Below, one piece after another: positions 11,780 to 23,889 of a stretch of 64,000 nt of DNA. Numbering within the stretch: position 1 is the first letter of the stretch; every line of letters begins with the position of its first letter. The DNA lies in contig CM059433.1 of the NCBI GenBank assembly GCA_030390025.1, positions 11,534,001 through 11,598,000 of the forward strand, written 5' to 3'. The notes under the pieces were generated by a model. The model did not search any database and was not told where the DNA came from. It was given only the letters and a program-made list of their open reading frames with translations. Both the position numbers and the translations under genes were made by a program. Origin of the DNA: Squalus acanthias (taxonomy: Eukaryota).

Positions 11780-12249
11780 AAATTACGGAAGCGCAGCGTA
11801 AGCTCGAGGAACAGCACCTCATCTTTTGTTTAGGCACGCTACAGCCCTCTGGACTCAATATCGAGTTCAACAATTTTAGATCATAACCTCAGCTCCAATC
11901 ACATTTATATTTTATTTTTTCCACCCTTTTATTTGCCCCCCCACCTTTTTTTTCCTCCTAGAAGCTGGCAGCTGTCCTTCATTCTGCCAGTGGATTTCAC
12001 ACTTCTTTCAGCCTTAATCTGTCACATTAACACCACCTCTAGCCTTGCATATCTCTTAATGTCTCTTCATCTTCCCCTTTGTTCTTTTATCCCCTCCCCC
12101 TTTTCCCAGCTTTACCCTGGCCTTAAATCTATTTGATTTCCGGCTCTTCCCAGTTCTGACGAAAGGTCATCGACCTGAAACGTTAACTCTCTTTCTCTCT
12201 CCACGGATGCTGCCTGGCCTGCTGAATTTTTCCAGCATATTCTGTTGTT
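11780..12249 (+). mobile_element. Penelope-like element, 5'-truncated 3' end
   Basis: Encodes EAQRKLEEQHLIFCLGTLQPSGLNIEFNNFRS* (GIY-YIG C-terminus); 14-bp TSD ACTTCAAAATTACT at 11766-11779 and 12250-12263. Confidence 0.9.
12152..12188 (+). ncRNA. Minimal type I hammerhead ribozyme motif
   Basis: AGTT-CTGACGA-A-AGGTC-ATC-GACCT-GAAA-CG-TT-AACT: CUGANGA and GAAA cores, stem I AGUU/AACU, stem II, palindromic ACGU stem III. Confidence 0.8.
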
Positions 12250-13574
12250 ACTTCAAAATTACTTCATTGGCTCTAAAGTGCTTTGGGACATCCTGAGGTT
12301 GTGAAAGTTGCTATATAAATGCAAGTTCTTTCTTTCTAATATCAGTCCTAAATTACCTTTAACTAGTGCAAGCCTTTGTCCTTCTCACACAGTTTAAGTT
12401 AAATTAATTTTCCAGCGTTACATTTTCCATGCCATTCACTATCTTACGTACCTCTATAAAATCACCTCCGAACCCCTCCTTTTTGAGCTTTGTGGCTCTT
12501 CTCTGCACTGTCTTCAGTGCTTGAATGTCTCCCTTGTGTTTTGATGACATTTGTGTTCCCTATTTTTACTCAATTGTAAATAAGTGTATTATTCATTTAC
12601 TGGTATTAATCTTTAGGCTGTAATATTCACCATTTCGAAGAGACTTTTGTAGTGTTCAACAAAACAACATGAAATCCAGTGAACAGATTACTATAGTGGG
12701 GTAACTATTCACCCTCAGATAGGCAATTCTGTGAGGGTGGAACATATGAAAGGTATTACTTCTGGATCATAAAGACTGATGTCTGTTTATAGAAAATGCT
12801 GTTAAACTATTGAGAGATAAGACAGTTCCATGAAAACATAAGATTGTACCAATTTCTGTAACTACAATGTAAAATAGTTGTCCGGCACTCCCTTACCAGA
12901 TTTATAATGATGATTAATCATTTCTTTCTCTAATTTGTAAGATTGGCAAAAAATTCACGCCAAGCTAAAGATATAAAGTAACTCTTCTAGTTTAATTTTC
13001 GCTTCTACTTTGAATTTTGGAATATAATCTGTCTCCAGATTTGATAGGCTTCCAGTGCAGCAGTCGGAAGAACGGGAATCTCAATGGATTCTGATTTGAC
13101 CCTGTATTCAGAGGACAAATTTACAGTCCCATAAATAGCAACCATCTTTTTTACTGAGAAAATGGTGCAGGAGTGCCATAGCACAGACCTGACAATATAG
13201 TTATAGATGTATTTGTGCGTTCACACTGTTTCCCTATCAAAGATGGAGGAACAAAAGTAATCTAATGTAGACTATCACTGGGGGCAGGAAATAAATTGCA
13301 ATATTGGGTATTCAGGTGTAACAGTCTCCAAATGTCAGCTTACCTTTTCTACACAGTTTAATGTTTCAGGGAAGTTGAATTTGAATTGTATTTCAGTAGG
13401 TCAGAGTTAATCATCATTACACATGTATTTGCATTTAGTTATAGAGTTATAGCTCTGACATGGGCCAACTAACAAAGCTCGCGTTACAGAATTTCATACT
13501 GAGTTATTTAAAGACACTGTGGACATATGTTTTACAGAACACCAGCCTTACCACTCAGCCAAGCTTCAGTCATA

Positions 13575-14012
13575 AAAGAAAGACTTGCATTTATATAGCG
13601 CCTTTCACAACCTAAGGACATGACAAAGCACTTTACAGCCAATGAAGTACTTTTGAAGTGTAGTCACTGTCGTAATGTAGGAAACACAGCAGCCAATTTG
13701 CACACAACAAGCAATGTGTTAATGACCAGATAATCTGGTTTTAGTGATGTTGATTGAGGGATAAATATTGCCCAGGACACCAGGGAGAACTCCCCTGCTG
13801 TTCTTCTAAACAGTGCCATGGGATCTTTTACATCCACCTGAGAGGGCAAATGGGACCTTAGTTTAAGGTCTCATCTGAAAGACAGCACTTCTGACTGCAC
13901 TGCACTGAAGTGTCAGCCTAGAATTTTTGTGCTCAAGTCTCTGGAGGGGAAATTGAACCCACAACCATCTGACTCAGAGGCAAGACTGCTACCCACTGAG
14001 CCACAGCTGACA
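13575..14012 (-). mobile_element. Deu-domain SINE (SacSINE1-like), full length
   Basis: Reverse complement of 10861-11301. Confidence 0.9.
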
Positions 14013-14128
14013 TGATCATTGGCATCTAAATTAGTAGTGATATAGAACGTAGTGTAAATTTAGTTGAGTTTACATCCAACTTGGAGGAAGGAGTTAGACT
14101 GGGATTTATTTCAGAGATCATTTTCATT

Positions 14129-14927
14129 AGGCTGGATTTTCTCAATGGAGTCGTGCTGGAGGCAGGACTTCTGGTTTCCGGGTTTCAGTCCCGCCCCCAG
14201 CGACGTCTGACCAACCCACGCTATTTTCCCTTGATTGGCCTTGTTAAGCCCGCTGACTGGCCAATTAAGGGAAAGCCGGTGACAGATGACGTCAGCGTAT
14301 CACGCTTCATCTGTCGCTTTGAGAAGCTGTCAAACACTGACAATCTCTGTTCTAAGGTGAGCCCTTGCACACAGGTTCACCAAGACCTCTCTCCTCAGCA
14401 GAAAGCAGATGGCTGCTGCATCTGAGAATGCAGCAGCCATTCTGTCATCTCTGCCGTTGAGATGAGGCACCTCCGGATCCTCAAAGGTTGAAGCCTGCAG
14501 AAAGAAGCAAAGGTAAGGAAACTTTTTCCAACACTTTACACTCACCTCTCATACTTACCCGTCCACTCTTGCACCCATCACTCACCTCTACAGTTAACAT
14601 TTCGACCCCTCTCAACCCCGCAGACCCACTGCTCGCCTCGCTGACCCTGGCGAGGTTCGCAGCCGTCAGGAAGCCCACATTTGCAGGGGTAAAATGGGGG
14701 AAAGCCTCAAAACTGCCTGTTAACTACCTGTTAACAGGCAGTTAATTGGCTCTAATCCCCGTCCCGCCTCGAGGAGACGGGTCCCTGCGCGACTCAGGGA
14801 CCCGCCTCCCGGGAAGATGGCACGGAGGCGGGTTGGGAGCGGGGTCGGTACCCGCTCCCAGTTTCTGCCATTTTCCCAGCAATCCCGCCTCCATACCCGC
14901 CTCCCCAGGGCTGGGAAAATTCCCCCC
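14129..14927 (+). mobile_element. Harbinger-type MITE family B
   Basis: Highly similar to 22766-23571; ends (A)GGCTGGATTTTC and GAAAATTCCCCCC; TSD not matched. Confidence 0.9.
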
Positions 14928-15699
14928 AACTTGTTTCCTAAAATGCGTGTTGTCATTGAAACTGGAAATTACATAATAACATCTATAGTCTCAACACTTT
15001 AAAAAAAATAAGCTCAGCTGTCAATTTTATTCCTTCATTTTCAGGAGCGACGGTATCACACGTGGGAACCAGAAGCTCCTGCGTTGGTTCGGAAATGAAA
15101 TCGAAAGAATTTATAACAAAGCTTAAATTGGAACAGTTTTTGCAAGGATAACCCTAATACAAGAAATGCGCGGAATAGCAACTTCCTGTTCGGCATTATG
15201 TCCCACGTAAACGGAAAGAGGCCCTTTGCTGGAGCCAATGGCAAAGCCCTCATGAGGTGCTCGCAGTTGTCGGTGCCAAGCAGTCTCACTCAGTCAGACA
15301 CAAATGCAAATTGACCATAATGGTAGCTGACCTTTCAGCTTTGCTTAGTAGTTACAATTTGGGTTCAACTGCCCTTTAGAATGGCAAGTTTTGTGAAAAT
15401 TCAAACACAGTTGCACACGATCAGATACAAAGCAAAACTAAACCATCATGACCTTTCTGCTCCTGAGGTATTAAGTTATGTTGAGGTTCACTCCAACCCG
15501 TAAATTAGATGCTCTCTCTCGAGTGGGCACCGCAGAATGACAGATCACACATTCTTTCACTAAGCGCAGAGTTCTGCAATTGGCTATCCCAAGGCTATAA
15601 AAGTGATTATGAAAAATAAATTGAAATAAATCATATCAGTTACTTTTAGAACAAAGTGTGATATGAAGTACAAATACTACCATTAGTAGAGGTTTTAGT

Positions 15700-16100
15700 T
15701 GTAAGGAGGGAGCTCTTTTTCCATTAGAATAAGGAAGGTTACAAGAAGATCTGGTAGAGGTGTTCCAAATTAGGAAGAGTTTTGATAAAGTAAATAAGGA
15801 AAAGTTATTTCCACTGGTTAGTGAATTGGCAACGAAAGGGCATAAATCAACACCAATAGAATAAAGGGAGCAGTTAAAAGATTTTTTTTTTAATATGCAG
15901 AGTTTTGTCTAGAAACAGTGGTGGAAGCAGATTCCATAACAGCTTTTAAAAGGAATGTGGATAAATATTTGAAAAGTAAAAATTTTAAAACATACACAGA
16001 AAGGGCGGGAGAATGGGACTCAGTGAATAGCTCTTTCAGACAGCAAGCAAATTCATGATGGGCCAAGTGGTCTCATTCAATGCTGTAAAATTATATGATT
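15700..16100 (+). mobile_element. Old, diverged CR1 3' fragment
   Basis: Degenerate match to the CR1 ORF2 end and tail (TTTCCACTGG, GAATAGCTCTTTC). Confidence 0.7.
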
Positions 16101-16187
16101 TCCTTGAACAACTGTACAACTCTACAAGGAAAGGAAAATAATGTGTTTTCCTCATATTTTTTAGCAACAGTGGAAAAATATAGAAGT

Positions 16188-16785
16188 GCATAAGAAATAA
16201 GAGCAGGAGTCGGCCATTTGGCCCTTCAAGCCTGCTCCGCCATTCAATAAGATCATGGCTGATCTTCTACCTCAACTCCACCTTCCCGCACTATCCCCAT
16301 ATCCCTTCATCCCCTTCGTTCCCAAAAATCTATTGATCTCTGCCTTGAATATACTCAATGACTGAGCATCCACAGCCCTCTGGGGTAGAGAATTCCAAAG
16401 ATTCACCATTCTTTGAAAGAAAGAAAGACTTGCGTTTCTATAGCGCCTTTCACGACCACCGGATGTCCCAGAGCGTTTTACAGCCAATGAAGTACTTTTT
16501 GGAGTGTAGTCACTGTTATAATGTGGGAAACGCGGCAGCCAATTTGCGCACAGCAGGCTCCCACAAACAGCAATGTGATAATTACCGGATAATCTGTGAG
16601 TGAAGAAATTTCTCCTCATGTCAGTCCTAAATGGCCGACCCCTTACTCAGTGACTGTGATCTCGTGTTCTAGACTCCCCAGCCAGGGGGAAACATTTTCC
16701 CAGCAGCTACCCTGTCAAGCCCCTTAAGAATTTTATATGTTTCAATTAGATCACCTCTCATTCTTCCAAACTCTAAGGAATATAG
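16188..16785 (-). mobile_element. CR1 3' end with a nested Deu-SINE 3' fragment (~16416-16596)
   Basis: YSLEFGRMRGDLIETYKILKGLDRV and VNLWNSLPQRAV on the minus strand; the SINE tail interrupts at RRNFFT. Confidence 0.9.
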
Positions 16786-16802
16786 ATAATCACAAACATT
16801 GT

Positions 16803-17349
16803 GGGGTTGAAAATCTTCAGCTGTGGATCCTCGGGGGCAGTCAGGCACCGGAGGTCCAGGGAGGAGCAAATTCAGGCAAAGCCCAGAAACACCGATTCTC
16901 CACCATGAATGCACGGTCAGCAATTTCCAACCGGAGCTGGGCCTGGAGGAGTCCCTATCTGCACCAAACATGGACCCATTACAGCGGAAGGGGCACGGCC
17001 GAGAAGAGGGATTGCCCACCAAAGGAATTTCCTTGGCCCTGGCCTCCCTCGTGCCCAGCAACCTGGACATCGGGGTGAAGCTGGCACACAGGCCGGCTAA
17101 ATGGCAGGAATGGGGCCGGCCTGGGTCCTGCCCTGGATTCTATAAGAATGGCGGCCTCGTGAGTCGCACAGATTCCCTTTTGGCCTTGTTATAAACAGGG
17201 GGCCAAATGGGTAGAAATTCAAAAATATCCTTAGCTGGTTGCCAGAGCAACTTCCCTGCACCCTCCCTTCCCCCACAGCAGGCACCCAAGATACACCCAC
17301 ACTGGCAAGAGCAAAGGCTCTCACCAAACCTATGCTAATTATTTGACCC
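16803..17349. mobile_element. Probable diverged Harbinger-type MITE
   Basis: GC-rich block bounded by GGGGTTGAAAAT and ATTTGACCC. Confidence 0.4.
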
Positions 17350-19506
17350 TGCTCTGTCCAAAATGCTTCCCTTACCCGCCTTATTGATTTCTTTCATCCC
17401 CGTCATCATTCTTATGTAGCTACTTACTTTATTATGCTTTTGTTCCCTGGGACATTTAAAAAAGTATTTGATAAACTTTCACATCTGAGGATTTCAAAGG
17501 AGTTTAACGTGCGCGAATCAATGGTAAATGAGTTAGCCGGACCGAAAACTGATTTGTTGGATATGATGATCACTGGAAAAAGAATCTCTGGTAAGGGGAC
17601 ATGGGCGTGAAAAGCAGGCATCTGTGCTGTGTGGCCTGCTGCTCCTGTTATTCATAAGGCAAAGACAAGTGTAAATTCTGGAAATATCTGAAATCGGAAC
17701 CCAAATTCCCAATATGCTCCTTTGGTGCTGGAAGCTCCATGGTGGGAGCACCGATTCTTAAAATATACCCCATTGTGTCCGCACTGTCTGAAAAGGGGCA
17801 TCCAAGCTGTAATAGAGCTACCTGGTGGACTACTGATGTATATAACAATAAAGCCACGTGCCGTACAGTTCTTACCGGAAGCCATGTTGTGCTGTTGTAT
17901 ATATATGCTGTGTCTCAAGATATCACACAAGCTTTGGAGAGATGGTCACAGAAAAACAAGGACGTCAAAATTACTCCCACTGAATGCAATTCTTGGCCAT
18001 TTATAATGGGCATCCAGAGAACAGCTGTCTACAGATGTTCATTTAAATAGTAGAGCAAAAAGATTCAGAGAACAATTTCTTAGCCATCTCTGCACTATTT
18101 TCCTCCATTTTTTTTGCTTTTTTTTCTGCTGTCACTTAGGCTTTCATAAGCCTTCGTGACAATTGCCCTGCTCCTATTTTTTGTGCAGTTTCATTTCTGC
18201 CGCCAATGCATTTCCGGATGGGAGTCCCCGTATATCGGAGGTCTTTAGAGGCACTTTGTGACCAGCTGTTGCTACTCTCACTCCTGCACCTTCAGACACG
18301 GGAGCGCACAACTGGCTTTTGCAGAGGATTTGTACATCCGTGACAGCAGACCTAATGACACAAATACAATATGTGCGGGTACAGTTCCCACCACTTACAC
18401 CGTCCCCACTTATCCTGGACAGCTGCCTATATTGGGCGAAGGGCGCTGACCATTTGCCCATGACCATAGGCGTCAGTTACAAAGGCACCGCTTAAACCGT
18501 ATTAAGTGGGCCAGCTATCTCGGGCAGCTACTCACACCTCACAATTACCTGTCATTAAAAGTCCTAACCGCCCCCTCCCCCCACCCGCGGCCTCCAGGAC
18601 TGCTGCCACCGCTGGGAGCCCTTCTTGCCAGCTTGCTGATCTGGACACATCCCCGCACCATTTTAAACTTTGGGAAGAGGTTACATAGACCAATTTGTTT
18701 CCTCAGTGGAAAAAATTGAGGTCCAGCATGATCCCACTTAAAAATAATAAAGAATTGAGGTGACGCATTTAAGACGAGAGAGCGCAGGGCTTTAATCTCA
18801 GCAAAGTTGACAGATTCATCGGCTGTCGGTGCAGGATTCTAAAGCACGCTTCGTATGTGCTGAAAAGAATTATCCTGAGTTCTTTTGTGCCTCCATTACT
18901 TCACACGATCATTTGTTTGTTACACCGTCAACCACGTGCAGCGGGCAAATCGTGTTGGCACCAACAGTATAAGCGGCGGGGACTGCAATACGAGGTGGTT
19001 CTGCAGAGGCAGTCCAATCACAGGATGTCATGCTTTAAATGGCACTGCCGGAAGGGAGTCATGCCATGGTGACCATCAATAAGCATAGCCTGACTGATCA
19101 CATCAGCCAAGATGCTACCAACTATATATTTTGGAGACTTTAGTACATCGACCTGGCAACGATCATAAAGAATTGGCATTACAGGCTCGAGGTCAAAAGA
19201 GAACCAGAGGCAGAGCTTGGCCATCCGCCGCATGGACACCTGCAGTTGACGTGCAGAAATGAGCTGGCACTGCCAGGGCCAGTGACGGTCAGCAGCAACC
19301 CTGAAACCCGCGCCCACTTCCTTGCTGGCAGGCTGCAGTGCTGGCTGGCGTAGGAGGAAGGTGAGGTGGACCATCGGAACAGGCCTATCCTCCTCATAAG
19401 CACCTTGGGAGGAGCCAGCTCTACTGAAACGACCAGCAAACAGAGGATCAGGTGTTGTGTCGGAGTTGTGGCCCCAGATTGCTTCGCCATTGGTTGCAGA
19501 CTCATA

Positions 19507-19960
19507 GGGCTGGATTTTCAATGACCCATGGAGTCGGGTTTGGAGGCGTGTGGGGGGTTAAATTTGCGGGGTCGGGGGTCCCGACCCCATCCCGACTCCA
19601 TCCCGCCTCCACGCAATTTTGACAAAATCAGTCGCGGGGTTCCCGACGCCGTCCCGCCTCCAAGAGGCGGGAGAGGCCATTAAAGCCCTTAACAAGCCCT
19701 AAATTGGCTCTGTAATGCCATTTTGAAACGTTTTAGCTAGTTTAACCCTTTTCCAACGTGAAGTACGCCTGGTGTGAAACACTCCAGTGAAACCTGGCGG
19801 GAGCACAAGTGGATAGCTGACTAGTCAGCTGCAGGTCCACTATTACAACGGAGATGTGATGAAGGTTGTAGTAGTATTAGGTCTGAAAGTCGCCTCTGAT
19901 GCTGCTGCATTGAATGTCTTCAGAAACTGCCTGGCCTTTGCTGTGAGACGACTTGGCTGC

Positions 19961-19997
<37 letters not shown>

Positions 19998-20301
19998 CTT
20001 CCCCCCCATCCATTTTGCATCCAGGTCCAGGCAGGTCCTCTCTCAGCAACAGCCAGACAGTCTCTGAGACCATGCACACAGTCTCTGACCTGCAATGCAG
20101 CAGCAATGATGACATCATCAGAGGCGACTTTCAGACTGAAACCACTAATTGGTTCATGCGTTCCCACATACTGGAACTCAATTGCCCAATTAAGTGAAAA
20201 TTGCATCATTCATCCATATTAATCTGGAGTCGGGCGGGGGGGGGGGAACACGAAATGCGGATGACACGACACCAACCCGACCCCAAGACAAAATCCAGCC
20301 C
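19507..20301. mobile_element. Harbinger-type MITE related to family B
   Basis: Perfect 12-bp TIR GGGCTGGATTTT / AAAATCCAGCCC; flanks ATA/AAA; CCCGCCTCC subterminal repeats; internal (CT)n. Confidence 0.85.
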
Positions 20302-20651
20302 AAACATTCTACACTGGGGTTCCTTTCAATTCAGCTTTTCACTTCTCAGCTCTCTTCCTTTCAGCCTTGACAACGGATGTCAATGGATTGAGCACTCTTG
20401 CTCCTTCTGGCCCGCAAGGAGACCAAAACAAATTTAAATAACTTACCTTTCCTGTCCTCTCCTGGCACCGGATCCATTTGTCGTCATAGGAACCTGACTT
20501 GCATACTTGAAGCAGGACTCCTCTGCCCTCTGGCAGACGCCCTGCTCACCTGCACAAATCAGCAGGTTAAAAATAGATCCTGCGGGAAGGTAGTGGGATC
20601 TGAAGGGTAAGGTCGCTGCCCTGATTTTAACTTCCCGCCCGTCCGGGTTAG

Positions 20652-20755
20652 AAACATGGAGCAGGAGTAGGCCATTTGGCCCGTCGAGCCTGCTCCACCA
20701 TTCAATACGATCATGGCTGATCATCCAAATCCAGTACCCTGTCCTTGCTTTCTCA
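20652..20755 (-). mobile_element. CR1 3' terminal stem-loop fragment
   Basis: GGAGCAGGAGTAGGCCATTTGGCCCGTCGAGCCTGCTCCACCATTCAATA. Confidence 0.8.
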
Positions 20756-20759
20756 CACA

Positions 20760-21092
20760 GAATCCCCATCGAGCCTGCACTGACACATATCCCACCCTAT
20801 CCCCGTAACCCCACGTATTTAATTCCCCCTAACATATCCCTTCCTATCCTATCCCCGTAACCCCACATATTTAATCCCCCCCTAACACTAAGGGTCAATT
20901 TATCATAGCCAAATCAACCTAACCCACACATTTTTGGACTGTGGGAGGAAACCGGAGCACCCGGAGGAAACCCACGCAGACACGGGGAGAATGTGCAAAC
21001 TCCACACAGACAGTCACCCGAGGCCAGATTCGAACCCGGGTCCCTGGCACTGTGAGGCACCAGTGCTAACCACTATGCCACCGTGTTGCCCC
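20760..21092 (-). mobile_element. HE1-type V-SINE
   Basis: tRNA head GGCATAGTGGTTAGCAC..GGTTCGAATC, V-domain GTGGAGTTTGCACATTCTCCCCGTGTCTGCGTGGGTTTCCTCC, locally duplicated tail. Confidence 0.9.
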
Positions 21093-22377
21093 ACGGTGGG
21101 TTCTGCCAGGCATGCGGGATTAAGTGTTTTGATTAAAATTGGACACGTTTATTATTCATCAATGGTAATATTTAGCTAATATAAACAGTATTGTTAATGC
21201 ATAAATTCAGTCTCAATCGAACTACACATGTATTTGAATGTGGCATTTGACGTTTCCGTTCAAAACATTTCTTGTCACCTTTGGAAGCCGTGTCTCGCAC
21301 AACAGTTAAATGTCAATACGCCTCATTGACCTCTGCAGATGCCTGCAAAGGTTGTGCTGCTTTCGATGCTTTAGTTCACAAAGGAAATGGTGACATATGA
21401 GGTGCCATATTTAGAAACGTTAATGGTGCTAACGGCTTGTCCATTAACCTCAAAGAAGAAAAGCCACATCTGATGTATTCTGAATTACAGGAAATTATAT
21501 TTCACCACGACAAGCATTGGCAATGAATAATTAAGTATTTAATATAACATTCTGGTCGTGAAAAATGATAATTTCACAATTGATAATCCATTAAGTCTAT
21601 TCCACTTTATTATCCAGCATAAGGAGAAAGATGCTTTGGTGAAATAAATGTGTTTTTAATGGCAGGAATGGGGTAGTTATGGTTATTAGCTCTGACTTTT
21701 TCTAAGACAAGGCATACAATCTACTGGGCGAATGTTATGAAAAATTTAGGGGGAAAATTCAGCCATGAATGTATTCATATCAGGTTGTGGACTGCCTCCA
21801 GTCACACTGTCTGCTACCCGTAATTCTCAGTAGTCAGGCCAATATAAATCACTTGGCAGATTGCACCACAGGAGCGTCCTGTTCCAACGTGGATAATTGA
21901 TTGAGGACAAATATATCTTACTGAACAATTAGGCATAAGAATTCCTCATCAATATTCGCGGCACGAAGAGCGAGAAGAAAGGAGAGAGTGGGTCGGGAAG
22001 GCATAGCTTACCAGAATTTATTTATCCAAATGGCATAAGACTGAAATATAACCCACTAAAACGTGTTGGACTGTTACACCCATAGCCCATCAATCTACAG
22101 AAGATACATGTCCAGTCCACTCCCAAGCAGTTACTGATTTAGTCATGTAGGGCATTGACCCTGGGACTCTTGAGGCATGAAAATACAGAGGATGGGAGGC
22201 ACATCTTTTACAAGAGCAGTGATTCTGTCTGACCCTGCGGCTGACTGAATGTTGTGTATAACTGACCTCTACTTTGAATGGCAATTTAGGGTTCTCAAAG
22301 GCACAGGGTTGTAACAATAGTTGCCTAACAATTAAAGCCCCAAATATCATTGGCATTGCAGCCACCAGTGCCCTCCG

Positions 22378-23778
22378 GCACTAGAATTTGTGGGACCTGG
22401 GGAAGGAACCCAATTTGCATGGGGCAGGTGGGCACCATGGCTACGATAGGCACATATCCAGAAGCCACCTGCTCTCAGTGGCCGGGAGCTCCGGGGTTCG
22501 CCTCCCGTGGTGGGGTTCCCAGCAGCCGCCCATCCCTGGACGTGCCCTTCTCAGCTCTCTGTGTAAGCGAGCCAACCTGGTTAGAAAAAAAACCCAATTG
22601 TGCCATTTCCTCAGGAGTGCAAACCACTCCCTGGCCTGGACCCCACCAGTGGGGCCCACTTTCATCCATCTGAAGGTTGGTATAAGTCAACTCTCTCGAT
22701 GGACCGGCCTCCAGAGATACACTCGGTCCCAGGTGGGTGAGTGAAATGGGAACTCCTGACATAAGGGGCTGGATTTTCTCAATGGAGACGTGCTGGGGGC
22801 GGGACTTCTGGTTTCCGGGTTTCAGTCCCGCCCCCAGCGATGTCTGACCAACCCACGCTATGCTCCCTTGATCAGCCTTGTTAAGCCCGCCCTTACCGGC
22901 CAATTAAGGGAAAGCCGGTGACAGATGACACTTCATCTGTCAAAAAAATTTTGACAGATGAATTGTCAGCGTTTGACAGCTTTGAGAGGCTGTCAAACAC
23001 TGACAATATCTGTTCTAAGGTGAGCCCTTGCACACAGGCCCACCAAGACCTCTCTCCTCAGCAGAAAGCAGATGGCTGCTGCATCTGAGAATGCAGCAGC
23101 CATTCTGTCATCTCTGCCGTTGAGATGAGGCACCTCAGATCCTCAACGGTTGAAGCCTGCAGAAAGAAGCAAAGGTAAGGAAACTTTTTCCAACACTCAC
23201 CTCTCATACTTACCTGTCCACACTTGCACCCATCACTCACCTCTACAGCTGACATTTCGACCCCTCTCACCCCCGCAGACCCACTGCTCACCTCGCTGAC
23301 CCTGGCGAGGTTCGCAACCGTCGGGAAGCCCGCACCTGCAGGCGTAAAATGGGGAAAAGCCTCAAAACTACCTGTTAACAGGCAGTTAATTGGCTCTAAT
23401 CCCCTTCCCGCCTCGAGGAGACGGGTCCCTGCGCGACTCGGGGACCCTCCTCCCGGGAAGATGGCACAGCAGCGGGTTGGGAGTGGGGTGGGTACCCGCT
23501 CCCAGTTTCTGCCATTTTCCCGGTAGTCCCGCCTCCAAACCCGCCTCCCCAGGGCTGGGTAAATTCCCCCCAAGGAGTCCGCCACCACTGGCTCCACCCC
23601 TTGATATTATTTGTCTTGACAGGTGGAAGCTCCGCCCTTTGCAAAGCAAGTCAGAAACTCCCTTGAAATGGCAGAGTCCCAGCACAATTGGGTCTCCGCT
23701 GTTTTACGAGGAGTTCCGCCGGACTTCCGGCAAAGTTACGATACGAGACCAGCAGAACCCCTGAGGAATTTCAGGCCC
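22378..23778. mobile_element. Older Harbinger-type MITE hosting a family B copy
   Basis: Ends GGCACTAGAATTT and GGAATTTCAGGCCC; removing the insert restores the palindrome ACTCCTGACATAAGGAGT. Confidence 0.55.
22766..23571 (+). mobile_element. Harbinger-type MITE family B
   Basis: Ends GGGCTGGATTTTC and AAATTCCCCCC; TSD AAG (22763-22765, 23572-23574). Confidence 0.93.
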
Positions 23779-23889
23779 GAACCTTCTACAATGCCTTGTT
23801 TATGGAAATTAGGTAGCATAGTAAACTTCACAATCGCAACCTGATAAGTAAATAGCTGTCCTTACCTGAGGGGGCGCAGCGGATAGCAC

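Larger units (their letters stand above)
11411..12337 (+). mobile_element. Deu-domain SINE split by a Penelope-like insertion
   Basis: SINE sequence at 11411-11779 resumes at 12250-12337. Confidence 0.88.

Noticed and set aside
14488..15002. Recurrent ORFs such as LHPSLTST..ADPLLASLTLA, also at 23058-23764 and 48744-49229
   Set aside because: Chance open frames in GC-rich family B MITE copies; the frames are not conserved between copies
15036..15130. Possible exon after the TTCATTTTCAG acceptor
   Set aside because: All three frames stop within about 35 codons, with no recognisable protein and no partner exons
17652..18050. Overlapping 90-100 aa ORFs
   Set aside because: No recognisable domain or splice structure
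19964..19992. (CT)n and (GA)n tracts, also at ~4630-4646 and ~30440-30500
   Set aside because: Ordinary microsatellite or low-complexity sequence inside MITEs
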